Assembly (NCBI GenBank): GCA_947499615.1
Contig: CANMOP010000005.1
Span: 24,206-88,205, forward strand
Length of the DNA: 64,000 nt
Direction: 5' to 3'
Source: Chloroflexota bacterium
GTDB taxonomy: Bacteria > Chloroflexota > Dehalococcoidia > UBA2979
Numbering within the stretch: position 1 is the first letter of the stretch; every line of letters starts with the position of its first letter. The position numbers and the translations under genes are program-made. The notes under the pieces were generated by a model. The model worked only from the letters and a program-made list of their open reading frames with translations, searched no databases and was not told where the DNA came from. Shown here one piece after another: positions 38,958-48,880 of this stretch.

Positions 38958-39482
38958 CTAGGAGCGGGACTCCGCGCCGACAGCGACCGGTGCATCGAGG
39001 TCGATGATCCGCTGTTCAATGGTGGCGATACGTTCGCGCAACTCGGTGCGTAGTTGCTTGAGCTGCTCCAGTTTCGGCTCCACGACATCCAGTTGGCGCC
39101 GCAACGCGGAGAGTGCCTGCTCACCGCGGGCGCGCAGTGCTGCGCGGTCGTCAGGACTCGGCTTTGGGGTGGCGCGCAGATGGGCGCGCACGGCCTCGGT
39201 CTCGACCATCTCTTTGATCTCGGCGAGGCTGAATCCCAGCAAGCCTTGGAGTTGCTTGATCAGTCGAATGCGAACCACGTCTTCATCCGAGTAGAGACGG
39301 AAGCCGCCGTCCATTCGGTCTGCTGGTGTGAGCAGGCCCTTCTCCTCGTAGAAGCGCAGGGTGCGCTGTGTGACGCCTGTCTGATCCGCGACCTCACCGA
39401 TCTGGTACCGCGCCTCCGTGTCCGGGGTGGTGGTGCCGAAATCGTGATAGGCGGAAAGACTGCGACGAGCGGGTCGTGCCAT
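38958..39482 (-). CDS. MerR family transcriptional regulator
   Basis: 'YQIGEVADQTGVTQRTLRFYEEKGLL' HTH with C-terminal coiled-coil. ATG at 39482. Confidence 0.8.
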   Translation of the reverse strand: MARPARRSLSAYHDFGTTTPDTEARYQIGEVADQTGVTQRTLRFYEEKGLLTPADRMDGGFRLYSDEDVVRIRLIKQLQGLLGFSLAEIKEMVETEAVRAHLRATPKPSPDDRAALRARGEQALSALRRQLDVVEPKLEQLKQLRTELRERIATIEQRIIDLDAPVAVGAESRS

Positions 39483-39616
39483 GGGGTGCCTCACTGCATG
39501 CGCCGGCTGCCCAGCATCCAATGGAGAGGCTGCGACCGATGCGAACGTGTCGCGCATATCGAGTATGCACTATTGCGGCTGTCTAGTGGTACCGCGCGGT
39601 GATGTGCCGCGATTCG

Positions 39617-40366
39617 TTACTCGTCGTCTTCCTCGTCATCGGAGCTGGAGCGAGGCGCTGGCACGATAGCGTCCGGGCGGCCTTGCTGCTTTGGCTCGCG
39701 GCGCGGCGGCACCTCAGCGGCGGCGGCAACCAGCGCTGCGACCGCCGGGGCGGGCGCGACAATGGCGGCAACGCCCGCGTCTCGCCAGCGCTCTAGGGCA
39801 GCGGCGGAGACGGCGGCCTCGGCGCGCGCGATGAGCGGCTTGCGCGCGAGTTCTGCCATGCGGCGGGTCTGGAGCTGCTGGCGCACTGTCATCTGCTCCG
39901 GCGGCGCGGCGACTAGGACGCCGTCCAGGTCCAGCAGCCTGAGCAATCGCACGGTCGCGTCATCCGTCTCCGGGCTGACGAGCGCGAGGTAGCCGAGGCG
40001 CGTTTCGGAGACGGATGCGCCGTCTGCGCTGGCGTCATCGAACGCGAGGAAGTCGGCGCCAGCCTCGGCCACTGCGGTGGCGTCAGCGCCGGTCGCGGCG
40101 TTGATGCGGATGCCAACCGGCGCCTTGCTGCCCGCCGCCTGCACCGCCGCTACGACCGCAGCGAGGTTGCTTGCAGCGCCCGTGTAGAGCACTGCGTCGA
40201 CCGTTGCGGTCGCGGCAGCACTCGCATCGGCGGCATCGGCAACCTCGGCGATCACCAGCAGTTGGCGCGGGTGGTCGGTTGCCGCCCCGCTACGCATGGC
40301 TGCGAAGCCGAACGCGGCCGGCTTGCGACGACCAATGTCGCGGATGAGGTCTCGGAGCTTGCTCAT
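39617..40366 (-). CDS. Hypothetical Ala-rich protein with acidic C-terminus
   Basis: About 250 aa, no recognisable motifs. The longer ORF start would overlap the tRNA, so the internal Met is used. Confidence 0.3.
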   Translation of the reverse strand: MSKLRDLIRDIGRRKPAAFGFAAMRSGAATDHPRQLLVIAEVADAADASAAATATVDAVLYTGAASNLAAVVAAVQAAGSKAPVGIRINAATGADATAVAEAGADFLAFDDASADGASVSETRLGYLALVSPETDDATVRLLRLLDLDGVLVAAPPEQMTVRQQLQTRRMAELARKPLIARAEAAVSAAALERWRDAGVAAIVAPAPAVAALVAAAAEVPPRREPKQQGRPDAIVPAPRSSSDDEEDDE

Positions 40367-40398
40367 AGGTCTCATCCCTGCTGCTGGCAATGAGTGTC

Positions 40399-40473
40399 TG
40401 GAGCCGGCGGGGGGACTCGAACCCCCGACCTGCTGTTTACGAAACAGCTGCTCTACCACTGAGCTACACCGGC
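40399..40473 (-). tRNA. tRNA-Thr (anticodon CGU), CCA encoded
   Basis: Minus-strand cloverleaf: GCCGGTG acceptor, GCTCAGTGGTAGAGC D-arm, anticodon loop TTCGTAA, GGGGGTTCGAGTCCCCC T-arm, discriminator U plus CCA. Confidence 0.9.
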
Positions 40474-40549
40474 TTACCGCACATTCTAACGGTGGGACGG
40501 CGTACCGATCGAGTCCGGTGCTTTCTGGAGTGGTTGTGGCCGTGTGTGA

Positions 40550-42235
40550 TTATCGAGATTGCAGCGGTGGCGAGGGGAATGTCGCACCGCGCACAGCGAA
40601 GATCGTGCCCCCCGCGCCCTCGTGGACGACCGTGTAGTGGGAGCTCTGGCGGAGCGATTCCAGCAGCGAGCCGCAGCATTGGCCGCGTTCGGTAGTCGGG
40701 ATGTAGACGTGCGTGATGGTGCTATTGAAGTCGTCTGACCACTGGGTCAGGCAGTCCGATTGGCGATATCCGCAGGTCCAAGCTCGGTCGGCGGCGGCGG
40801 CCTGCGTGGCGAAGCGTGCTGTCCATTCACTGCCCTGCACTGTGGTCACGCTGACCCGGGAGGCAAGCACGGGCAGCCATTCCGCCTCGCGGTCGGCCTG
40901 CCACGGGCCACTGGGCACCACGAAGATGCGGCTGGTCTCCGGGGTATTCGACTCGATCCACTCGAATGTTGAGCGCTCGGCCGGTGTGAGGCCGGTGAGG
41001 AAGTGACCCTCGCCACCGAGGCCGGGCGTACGCAGCAGTGCGCCCATGACGGCATAGGACAGTAGGACCGCGCCGATGAGTGTTGAGCCTCGCGCGAGGC
41101 GGCGCCAGTTGAGGTCGCGGGCGAAGGCGGTGCGCGTGTCGGCTGATCGGCCCAACGGCAGCACGACGCGTTCCAGTGCCAGGCCTGCGAGCATCGCGAC
41201 GGGAATGGTGGCGAACGTGGGGAAGGCTCGCGCGTCCAGCAGGATGATTGCGACCCACCAGATCGGCAGCACGACGTGACGCGTCCGGATCGCGATCACC
41301 GCGCCGAGGAGACCGAGCGCGCCGATCAATGGGAACAGCGGTTCGCTGGTGGATGTGACGCGCGCCAGTGCCAGGAGCAGTTCGCGTGCGAGCGCTGCGG
41401 TCGTGAACACGCTGCCGCCGGCCGCGTTGGCGTAGCGGAAGGGCACCAGTCCGTTCGATGTCATGGCGGTGAGCCACCACGGCGCGGCCAGCATCGCCGC
41501 GCTGGCCGCCAGTACGGCGGAGTTCAACAGCTGCTCGCGTGTCCTCCCGTACGCGGCGAAGCAGATGCCGATGCTGAAGGCGAGAAACCACGCGGTTTCC
41601 AGGTGGGCGAGCAGTGTCCCAGCGGAGAGCAACGCAGCGGACACGATGTAGCGTCGATGGCCGGTGGTGTACAGCCGGTGCACCTCGTGCAGCGCGAGCA
41701 GCGCCAGCAGCAGGCCGAGCCCACGCGCGACACCGCCGCCCATGAGCAGCCAGATGAAGCTCCGGGGTACGAGCGCGAACGCTGCCGTCGCGAGGAGCGC
41801 TGCTCGATCGGATGCGAGCAGACGCCGCGCCAGTAACGCGAAGGCGGCGATGGTGAGCGTGGAGTACAGCAGCGGTAAGACGCGGAACAGATCGATCAGC
41901 GCGAACGGCGTCCAGTCGTCCAGCAGTGCCGCGAGGTAGAACCCGAGCGGCGGATAGGCGAAGGGGATCTGCGCGCCGTTGTAGGACGTGACCGTGGGCA
42001 GCACGTAGTGGCTGGCCTGGATATCGCGCGCCATCGCGTAGAACAGTCCGCCGTCGTTGAGCGGGAAGTCGGAGGCGAGGATGTGCGCGCCTCGCACGAG
42101 CAGGCCGAGGCCGACGATGACACCGAGCATGCGCCAGAACGAGCGACTGCGAGCCGAGTGGCCCTCGAGGGGCTGCGGCGCCTGTATCGGAGCATCGTCA
42201 GGGCGCGTCGGTGACGCCACCGGCCACATCGTCAT
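40550..42235 (-). CDS. GT-C fold membrane glycosyltransferase (PMT/ArnT-like, family 39-type)
   Basis: 561 aa. About 11 N-terminal TM helices followed by a soluble C-terminal domain. Early loop 'DGGLFYAMARD' carries the acidic DE-like motif typical of GT-C enzymes. Confidence 0.5.
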   Translation of the reverse strand: MTMWPVASPTRPDDAPIQAPQPLEGHSARSRSFWRMLGVIVGLGLLVRGAHILASDFPLNDGGLFYAMARDIQASHYVLPTVTSYNGAQIPFAYPPLGFYLAALLDDWTPFALIDLFRVLPLLYSTLTIAAFALLARRLLASDRAALLATAAFALVPRSFIWLLMGGGVARGLGLLLALLALHEVHRLYTTGHRRYIVSAALLSAGTLLAHLETAWFLAFSIGICFAAYGRTREQLLNSAVLAASAAMLAAPWWLTAMTSNGLVPFRYANAAGGSVFTTAALARELLLALARVTSTSEPLFPLIGALGLLGAVIAIRTRHVVLPIWWVAIILLDARAFPTFATIPVAMLAGLALERVVLPLGRSADTRTAFARDLNWRRLARGSTLIGAVLLSYAVMGALLRTPGLGGEGHFLTGLTPAERSTFEWIESNTPETSRIFVVPSGPWQADREAEWLPVLASRVSVTTVQGSEWTARFATQAAAADRAWTCGYRQSDCLTQWSDDFNSTITHVYIPTTERGQCCGSLLESLRQSSHYTVVHEGAGGTIFAVRGATFPSPPLQSR

Positions 42236-42305
42236 TCGGTGACGTGGGCGCGCGGGGAGTGGGCGGGGCGGTTGCGGTCAGGCATGAGGTGAGGTGGCGC
42301 TCGGC

Positions 42306-42611
42306 CTATGCCTCGTCGTCGTCCTCCGCGATTGCGGCGGGGTCGTGGACGTAGGCGATGTAGCGACCGTTGCGCTCCACCATCAGCGTGAGCCTGCCTG
42401 CTGCCTCGTGGTCGCGGACGAAGCCGGGCAGGGCGGCGCTGTGGCCTCTGACGAGGAAGGTGATGCCGCTGTACGAGAAACGCCGACCGGCGACGTCCAC
42501 GTAGTAGGGCGGAACCTCCGGGCTTTCATTCATGTTGAGGACGAAGACCTCGATCCCGTCCTCCTCGAGCACGTCGAGATCGTCGAAGCCAAGTGCCAGT
42601 TCGGTGCTCAT
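42306..42611 (-). CDS. Small hypothetical protein
   Basis: About 101 aa from 'MSTELALGFDD'. No motifs recognised. Confidence 0.3.
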   Translation of the reverse strand: MSTELALGFDDLDVLEEDGIEVFVLNMNESPEVPPYYVDVAGRRFSYSGITFLVRGHSAALPGFVRDHEAAGRLTLMVERNGRYIAYVHDPAAIAEDDDEA

Positions 42612-42637
42612 CGTCCCTCCGGGTGCGCCGGGCGGGA

Positions 42638-43138
42638 TCATACGTCCGAGCGCGCGACTGGGCCAGCGCCCTGGAGTTGGCGACGGCCGACGCGCCGAGC
42701 GGGAGGCGTGGTGTTGCCTTGGACGTCCGGCACCGCGAGCAGGCAGATCGCGGAGACGATGGTGGCCGATCCGACGCACCAGATACAGACGGCATCGATG
42801 ACGAACAGCTCCAGGTAGGTGAGGTACACGGAATAGCCGGCGCCGCTGAGCGCCAGCGCGAACGTCCAGACTTCCAGTGGCCGCGGGAGCACCTGGGGCG
42901 CGATCAGCCGCAGTGTGAGGATGGTCAGTAGTCCCGCATACATCAGCAGTCCGAGCGCGGCGATGGGGTCACCGGCGATTTTGGCGTACACGGAACTCTG
43001 GACGCGGTGACAGTCACCGAGGCCGGTGCAGTACGCGGTGAGCCCCGGAGACCACGCGATGTACGCCAGGTATGCGCCGACGGCCGTGCCGAGCAATGCG
43101 AGCGTCAGCAGCAGCCAGAGCCGTGTTCGCTGGTTCAT
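42638..43138 (-). CDS. Vitamin K epoxide reductase (VKOR) family protein
   Basis: Four to five TM helices. Loop Cys pair 'CTGLGDC'. Active-site 'CIWC' in the last TM region. Confidence 0.8.
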   Translation of the reverse strand: MNQRTRLWLLLTLALLGTAVGAYLAYIAWSPGLTAYCTGLGDCHRVQSSVYAKIAGDPIAALGLLMYAGLLTILTLRLIAPQVLPRPLEVWTFALALSGAGYSVYLTYLELFVIDAVCIWCVGSATIVSAICLLAVPDVQGNTTPPARRVGRRQLQGAGPVARSDV

Positions 43139-43926
43139 CGGCCGGCCCTCGCCTGTTCGATGAGGTTGCGGAACTGCTCGGCAGGCAGAGCGCCCTGCAC
43201 CAGACGCCCGCCGATCGTGAACGAGGGCGTGGAGGTAGTGCCGATGGTGCCTGCCTCGGCGGTCATCGCGTCCACCTCGGGGTACTTGCTGCCGGAGTCG
43301 ACGCAGGTGTCGAACTTCGACTGGTCGAACTGGCGGGTCGGGAGCGCGGAGGCCATCTGTGTGGCGTAGCTCTTCAGGTTCGCGCGGGTGTAAACGCCGG
43401 AGCGCTCATCGCCTTGCCGCAGGAAGAGGATGTCGTGGTACTCCCAGAACAAGCCCTGATCGAGGGCGCACTGTGACGCAGCGGCGGCGTCGCGTGACTC
43501 CGCACTGACCACGATGAGGTGTTTGTACTCGTACGTGATGATGCCGGTTGCGATGTAGTCGCGCTCCAGCATCGGCTCCACGTCGCGCCAGTGCTGATGG
43601 CAGAACGGGCATTGGAAGTCGGCGTATTCGACGATCTTCACCGGTGCGTCCGGCTTCCCGCTCACGCGGCCCGCGAGTTGCGAGTGCGCGCGAGGGACGT
43701 ACGTCTCCATGTTGGCGGTGGACCGCGGACGGTTCATCACGATCAACGCCACCACGATGAGCAGGGCGGCGGCGATGGAGCCGATAACCAGTGGCCCGCC
43801 GAACTCATCGATGCGGGCACGCCACGCGGACTTCGGTGCGGGGCGTGCCGGGGCCGGATGGTGCGTGGGTGCAGGCGGAGGCGCGCCCGGCGGTGGGCCC
43901 GGTCGTGTGCGGCGGTTGCGTCCCAT
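43135..43926 (-). CDS. Membrane-anchored DsbA-like thiol:disulfide oxidoreductase
   Basis: Pro-rich cytoplasmic N-terminus and TM anchor. Thioredoxin fold with 'CPFC' active site. Overlaps the VKOR start (ATGA). Confidence 0.8.
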   Translation of the reverse strand: MGRNRRTRPGPPPGAPPPAPTHHPAPARPAPKSAWRARIDEFGGPLVIGSIAAALLIVVALIVMNRPRSTANMETYVPRAHSQLAGRVSGKPDAPVKIVEYADFQCPFCHQHWRDVEPMLERDYIATGIITYEYKHLIVVSAESRDAAAASQCALDQGLFWEYHDILFLRQGDERSGVYTRANLKSYATQMASALPTRQFDQSKFDTCVDSGSKYPEVDAMTAEAGTIGTTSTPSFTIGGRLVQGALPAEQFRNLIEQARAGR

Positions 43927-44003
43927 CGTGCTTCCTGTCCGCGCGGACTGGTCGCAGTGTTCAGTGGCCGGATGCAAGTGCACCCGGCCCTCGGCGGGCA
44001 CGG

Positions 44004-44669
44004 CTACGGCATGGGCGCCACATCGCGGACGCCGGGCTCCGGCGAGCGATTGCGGTTCGTCTCGATGAATTGCTTCACGGTGCCCTCGTTCAGTTGATCC
44101 ATCTGCAGCAGGCGGCCCCATGAAGCAAGCGTGATCGTCGATGTGTTGTCCGGGCGAGGCGACAGGATGGTGTCGCCGCTGTAGCTCTTGGCAATGCTCG
44201 CGAGCTTGCTGATGGTGCTGGCGTCGGCCTTCTGGGGGTTGTACGAAAGCCAGATGATGCCGTGCTCCAGCGAGTGGATCGTGTTGCCGTCCGGCACTGC
44301 GCCGCTGTACACGCCCGTGGCCTGCGGCACCGGGAAGTGAGGCCCGCCAACCGGTGGGTTGCCCTTCGGGATTTCCACCAGAGCCGGGTCAGTGATGTGG
44401 TTGGCCGGGGAGTTGGTGACCGTCTCGCCCATGAGCGCGTCGGTGGAGATGCGCGCGATGCTGTTCTTCGGCTGGCTGGCGACGACCAGTGCGACGACGA
44501 TCAGGACGGCCGCCAGGATGATGGCGATGGTCCAGAAGCCACCGAAGGAGTCGACGGTCTCTCGCCAAGCAGGCTTGGGCGCGCGCACCGCGACGGGCCG
44601 AGGCGCCGTGGCGCCGGGCGCTTCGACTGGGCTGCCGGGTGCAGTTGTGCGGTTTCGGGTGGGGCGCAT
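44004..44669 (-). CDS. DUF3105 domain membrane-anchored protein
   Basis: 'HSLEHGIIWLSY' signature of DUF3105. N-terminal anchor is highly similar to that of the adjacent DsbA-like protein. Confidence 0.65.
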   Translation of the reverse strand: MRPTRNRTTAPGSPVEAPGATAPRPVAVRAPKPAWRETVDSFGGFWTIAIILAAVLIVVALVVASQPKNSIARISTDALMGETVTNSPANHITDPALVEIPKGNPPVGGPHFPVPQATGVYSGAVPDGNTIHSLEHGIIWLSYNPQKADASTISKLASIAKSYSGDTILSPRPDNTSTITLASWGRLLQMDQLNEGTVKQFIETNRNRSPEPGVRDVAPMP

Positions 44670-44826
44670 GCGCTGTCTGCCCAAATCAGTGCTCCTCGAC
44701 CGGTGCCACAACTTCGATGGATCGATTATCCGCGAGTGGTGGGGGGTAGGGCGAGCCTCACCCCCACCACGGTGACTACGTTCGCGTGGGGACGCCAGTG
44801 CCAGTCGTTCCCGTTGCTTGTTGTCC

Positions 44827-47277
44827 CTACACCGCCACCCACTCCCCCGCCTCGACACTCTCAAACGTGTAGTCGCCACTCGATTCGTCGAGGTCGACGC
44901 GGACGCGGGTGCCGGGGGGGAAGTCGCCGGCGAGCACGCGCTTGGCGAGCGGGTTCTCCACGCGGCGCTGGATCGTGCGGCGCAGCGGGCGCGCGCCGTA
45001 CGCCGGGTCGTAGCCCTCATGCACGAGGGCGGCGCGGGCACGGTCGGTCACCTCGAAGGTCACCTCGCGTTCTGCGAGGCGAGCGCGCACCTCGGCGATC
45101 AGGAGGTCGGCGATCTGTGCGAGTTCAATCTCGGTGAGCGGCTCGAACACGATGATCTCGTCGATGCGGTTCAGGAACTCGGGGCGGAAGGACTGCTTGA
45201 GCGCGTCCTCCACGTTGCGGTGCCTCGTGTCGCGTTCGGCCTCCGTGCGCGCGCGGGCCTGGAAGCCGATCGGGCCGTGCGCCGATGCGCCGGTGCCGAG
45301 GTTGGACGTGAGGATGATCACCGTGTTGCGGAAGTCCGCGGTGTGGCCGTGCGAGTCCGTGAGGCGGCCGTCCTCCAGGATCTGCAGCAGGGTGTTGAAC
45401 ACGTCCGGGTGCGCCTTCTCGATCTCGTCGAAGAGGATCACCTGGTACGGGCGGCGACGCACGGCCTCCGTCAGTCCGCCGCCCTGGTCGTAGCCGACGT
45501 AGCCGGGAGGCGCGCCCACGAGCCGCGAGACGGTGTGGCGCTCCTGGTACTCCGACATGTCGAGGCGGATCAGTGCGTCCTGATCGTCGAACAGGTACTC
45601 GGCGAGCGACTTCGCCAGCTCGGTCTTTCCGACGCCGGTGGGGCCGAGGAAGATGAACGAGCCGATCGGGCGCTTCGGGTCCTTCAGACCGCTGCGCGCG
45701 CGGCGAATGGCATCTGCGAGCGCGGTGATCGCGGCGTCCTGACCGACGACGCGCCCGTGCAGCGCCTCCTCCATGTGTAGCAGCTTCTCGCCCTCGCCCT
45801 CCAGCATCTTGGCGACGGGGATGCCGGTCATCTGCGCGATCAGCGCGGCGATGTCGTGCGGCGTCACGTCTTCTGTCAGGCCGCGTTCCGCGTGCACCTC
45901 GGCCTTGCGCGTGTCGTACTCCTGCTGCACTTGCAGCACCTGCTGCTTGATGCGCGCCGCCTCCTCGAAGTCGGAGCGCGCGGCGGCCGCCTCGAGGCGG
46001 CGCGAGGCGTCGTCGAGGCGGTCCTTGAGGTCGCGCACGGCGTCGGGGATCGATTCCGCCTCGATCACGTGGCGCGAGGCGGCCTCGTCGATGAGGTCGA
46101 TCGCCTTGTCGGGCAGCTTGCGGTCCGGGAGGTAGCGCGAGGAGAGCCGCACGGCCGCCTCGATCGCCTCGGGCGAGATGCGCAGGCCGTGGTGCTGCTC
46201 GTACTTCGGCGCAAGGCCGCGCAGGATATCGATCGCCTCATCGACAGTGGGTTCGTCGACGAAGACCGGCGAGAAGCGGCGCTCGAGCGCCGGGTCGGCT
46301 TCGATGTACTTGCGGTACTCCTCGATGGTAGTGGCACCGATCACGCGGAGCTCACCGCGCGCGAGCGCGGGCTTCATCATCGTGGAGGCGTCGATTGCGC
46401 CTTCCGCGCCACCCGCACCGACGACCTGGTGCAACTCATCGATGAACAGCAGCACCTCGCCGGCGGACTCCTTCACCTCGCGCATCACGGCCTGCAGCCG
46501 CTCCTCGAACTCGCCGCGGAACTTCGAGCCGGCGACGAGCTGGCCGACATCGAGCGAGAGCAGGCGCTTGCCGCGCAGCCGCTCCGGCACCTCGTCGGAG
46601 GCGATGCGCTGCGCGAGACCCTCGACGATCGCGGTCTTGCCGACGCCGGCCTCGCCGATCAGTACCGGGTTGTTCTTGGTGCGGCGGTTGAGGACCTGCA
46701 TCACGCGCGCCACCTCGTCGGCGCGGCCGATGGTGGGGTCGAGCTGGCCGTCGCGCGCGGACTGCGTGAGGTCGACCGAGTACTTGGAGAGCGCCTGGTA
46801 CTGTGACTCCGCGGTCGGCGAGGTTACGCGCGCGGAACCTCGGATCTGGCGGAGCGCGGTGTAGATGCGCTCCTTGGTGATCTGCGAGTCCTGCAGCACG
46901 CGGGCGGCCTCGCCCTCGCGCTCATCGGCGATCGCGATCAGCAGGTGCTCCACGCCGACGTACTCGTCCTGCAGGCGAGCGGCCTCGGCGTTTGCGGCCT
47001 CCAGCATGCGCACGATGCGTGGCGTCGTGTAAATCTGAACCACGTCGTACGAGGCCTTCGGGGAGTGCGCGAGGTGGCTCGACAGCTGCGCGGCAACGGC
47101 GGCGGGGTTCACCCCCATGCGCTGCAGCACCTCCTTCGCGAGCCCGTCCTTCGTCTGCACCAGCGCGAGCAGGACGTGCTCCACGTCCCACTGCGTGTGC
47201 TTCTGCTGCCGCACCATCTCCTGCGAGGCGGTGAGGACTGCCTGTGCCTGCTCGGTGAATCGGTCTTGTCGCATCAT
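44827..47277 (-). CDS. clpB: ATP-dependent chaperone ClpB
   Basis: 816 aa. Two AAA+ modules (Walker A 'GEAGVGKT' and 'GPTGVGKT') with coiled-coil middle domain. MM start at 47277. Confidence 0.95.
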   Translation of the reverse strand: MMRQDRFTEQAQAVLTASQEMVRQQKHTQWDVEHVLLALVQTKDGLAKEVLQRMGVNPAAVAAQLSSHLAHSPKASYDVVQIYTTPRIVRMLEAANAEAARLQDEYVGVEHLLIAIADEREGEAARVLQDSQITKERIYTALRQIRGSARVTSPTAESQYQALSKYSVDLTQSARDGQLDPTIGRADEVARVMQVLNRRTKNNPVLIGEAGVGKTAIVEGLAQRIASDEVPERLRGKRLLSLDVGQLVAGSKFRGEFEERLQAVMREVKESAGEVLLFIDELHQVVGAGGAEGAIDASTMMKPALARGELRVIGATTIEEYRKYIEADPALERRFSPVFVDEPTVDEAIDILRGLAPKYEQHHGLRISPEAIEAAVRLSSRYLPDRKLPDKAIDLIDEAASRHVIEAESIPDAVRDLKDRLDDASRRLEAAAARSDFEEAARIKQQVLQVQQEYDTRKAEVHAERGLTEDVTPHDIAALIAQMTGIPVAKMLEGEGEKLLHMEEALHGRVVGQDAAITALADAIRRARSGLKDPKRPIGSFIFLGPTGVGKTELAKSLAEYLFDDQDALIRLDMSEYQERHTVSRLVGAPPGYVGYDQGGGLTEAVRRRPYQVILFDEIEKAHPDVFNTLLQILEDGRLTDSHGHTADFRNTVIILTSNLGTGASAHGPIGFQARARTEAERDTRHRNVEDALKQSFRPEFLNRIDEIIVFEPLTEIELAQIADLLIAEVRARLAEREVTFEVTDRARAALVHEGYDPAYGARPLRRTIQRRVENPLAKRVLAGDFPPGTRVRVDLDESSGDYTFESVEAGEWVAV

Positions 47278-47312
47278 CTCGGGTTGCCTACTTTCTCGGC
47301 ACGCTCTTCGGA

Positions 47313-47514
47313 CTGGGAACCCTCACCCCCGGCCCCTCTCCCCGCCCGGCGGGGCGAGGGGAGTTGGAGGCTGAGCCGCGCTTCGCGCGCGGGGTGGCAG
47401 CGGTTACGCCGCAGCACCAGACTGTGTGTTGGACGCCCTCCCGCCATCATCCATCCGCTTGCTGACTCCCCTCGCCCCGAAACGGGGAGAGGGGTTGGGG
47501 GTGAGGGTTCCACT
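47313..47514. repeat. Composite inverted pair of family repeats (copies D+E) flanking a ~105-bp core; MITE-like large palindrome
   Basis: GGGAACCCTCACCCCCGGCCCCTCTCCCCGCC at the left end is the reverse complement of GGGGAGAGGGGTTGGGGGTGAGGGTTCC at the right end. Core holds the palindrome ccgcgcttcgcgcgcgg. Confidence 0.75.
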
Positions 47515-47843
47515 CATCGCGCACCTCGCAGCCGCGTGAGCTCGTCGTGCGCGGTGTCGAGTTGCAGTTGCAGATCCTCGATCTGCTGGGTCATGCGCAG
47601 GATGACGTCGACGCCGGCGAGGTTGACGCCGAGGTCGGCGATCAGGCGCAGCACGTGCTGCAGGCGCTCGACATCGCGGTGCGAGTACAGGCGGCGGTTG
47701 CCCGCGCTGCGCTGCGGCGCGAGCAGGCCGATGCGCTCGTAGGAGCGGAGGGTCTGCTGGTGCACGCCGACCATCCGAGCGACCACCGAGATGTGAAAGA
47801 CAGGCTCATCGTGCGGGAATGGCGTGGGCTGCATGTTCGTCAT
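47514..47843 (-). CDS. hspR: Heat-shock repressor HspR (MerR family)
   Basis: 'ISVVARMVGVHQQTLRSYERIGLLAPQRSAGNRRLY' MerR HTH. Located between dnaJ and clpB as in actinobacterial dnaK operons. Overlaps the dnaJ stop. Confidence 0.8.
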   Translation of the reverse strand: MTNMQPTPFPHDEPVFHISVVARMVGVHQQTLRSYERIGLLAPQRSAGNRRLYSHRDVERLQHVLRLIADLGVNLAGVDVILRMTQQIEDLQLQLDTAHDELTRLRGAR

Positions 47844-48880
47844 CGCGTGCCGTCGGTTCCGTCGGGCGCGGGGGCGGCCGGGGTGGTGGCGCGAAGCTGC
47901 TCGAAGAGCGCGCGCTGCTCATCGGTGAGCGGGTCGGGCAGCACGAGGCGGACGCGCGCGTGCAGGTCGCCAAACCCACCGCCGGAGCGCGGCATGCCCT
48001 GGCCCGCGAGGCGGAACACCTTGCCACCCTGCGTCTCGGCGGGGATGCGCAGCGCCAGCGCGCGGCCCTTCAGCGTGGGCACATGCGCCTCCCCGCCGAG
48101 CGCAGCGTCGGCGACCGGCACGTCGATATCGATGCGCAGGTCGTCGCCGTCGCGCTCGAAGCGGGCGTGCGGAGTCACCTCGATGATCAGGAACAGGTCG
48201 CCAGCCGGGCCGCCGTTGGTGCCGGGGCTGCCACGGCCCGCGACGCGGACGCGCTGGCCGGTCTGGATGCCCGCAGGGATGGTGACCTCAATACGGCGGA
48301 GCGGGGTGGCGGAGCCGGTGCCGCGGCAGGCGTGGCAGGTGGCACCTGCGAACGAGCCCGCGCCGCTGCAGACGCGGCAGACCTCGGCACCCTCGCGCAC
48401 CTCGATGGTGCGGGTGGCACCGCGGTAGGCGTCCTCGAGGCTGATGCGAGTGTTGCTTTCGACGTCGGCGCCGCGCTGGCGACCGACGGCGCGGCGGAAC
48501 AACCCCTCGAAGAGGCCACCACCACCACCGCCACCCTGCCCGCCGCCCCCGAAGTCGAACTCGACGCCCTGCCCGCCGGCGCGGCCGCCGAAGCCTCCAA
48601 AGCCACCACCGCGCCCGCTCTCCGCCTGCTGACGGCGCATCGCATCAATCTGGTCGGCGTGTTGCCAGTTCTCGCCGTGGCGGTCGTATTGCTTGCGGTG
48701 GTCGGCGTCCGAGAGCACCTCGTAGGCGGCGTTGATCTCCTTGAAGCGGGCTTCAGCGCCTGAGTTGCCGGGGTTCACGTCCGGGTGGTGCTGCCGTGCG
48801 AGGCGCCGAAACGCCTGGCGGATCTCCTTTTCGGAGGCTTCGCGCTTCACTCCGAGCACCTCGTAGTAGTCCTTTGCCAT
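47840..48880 (-). CDS. dnaJ: Chaperone DnaJ
   Basis: J-domain 'DYYEVLGV...HPD' at the N-terminus. G/F-rich region. CxxCxG zinc-finger repeats. C-terminal domains. Confidence 0.9.
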   Translation of the reverse strand: MAKDYYEVLGVKREASEKEIRQAFRRLARQHHPDVNPGNSGAEARFKEINAAYEVLSDADHRKQYDRHGENWQHADQIDAMRRQQAESGRGGGFGGFGGRAGGQGVEFDFGGGGQGGGGGGGLFEGLFRRAVGRQRGADVESNTRISLEDAYRGATRTIEVREGAEVCRVCSGAGSFAGATCHACRGTGSATPLRRIEVTIPAGIQTGQRVRVAGRGSPGTNGGPAGDLFLIIEVTPHARFERDGDDLRIDIDVPVADAALGGEAHVPTLKGRALALRIPAETQGGKVFRLAGQGMPRSGGGFGDLHARVRLVLPDPLTDEQRALFEQLRATTPAAPAPDGTDGTR

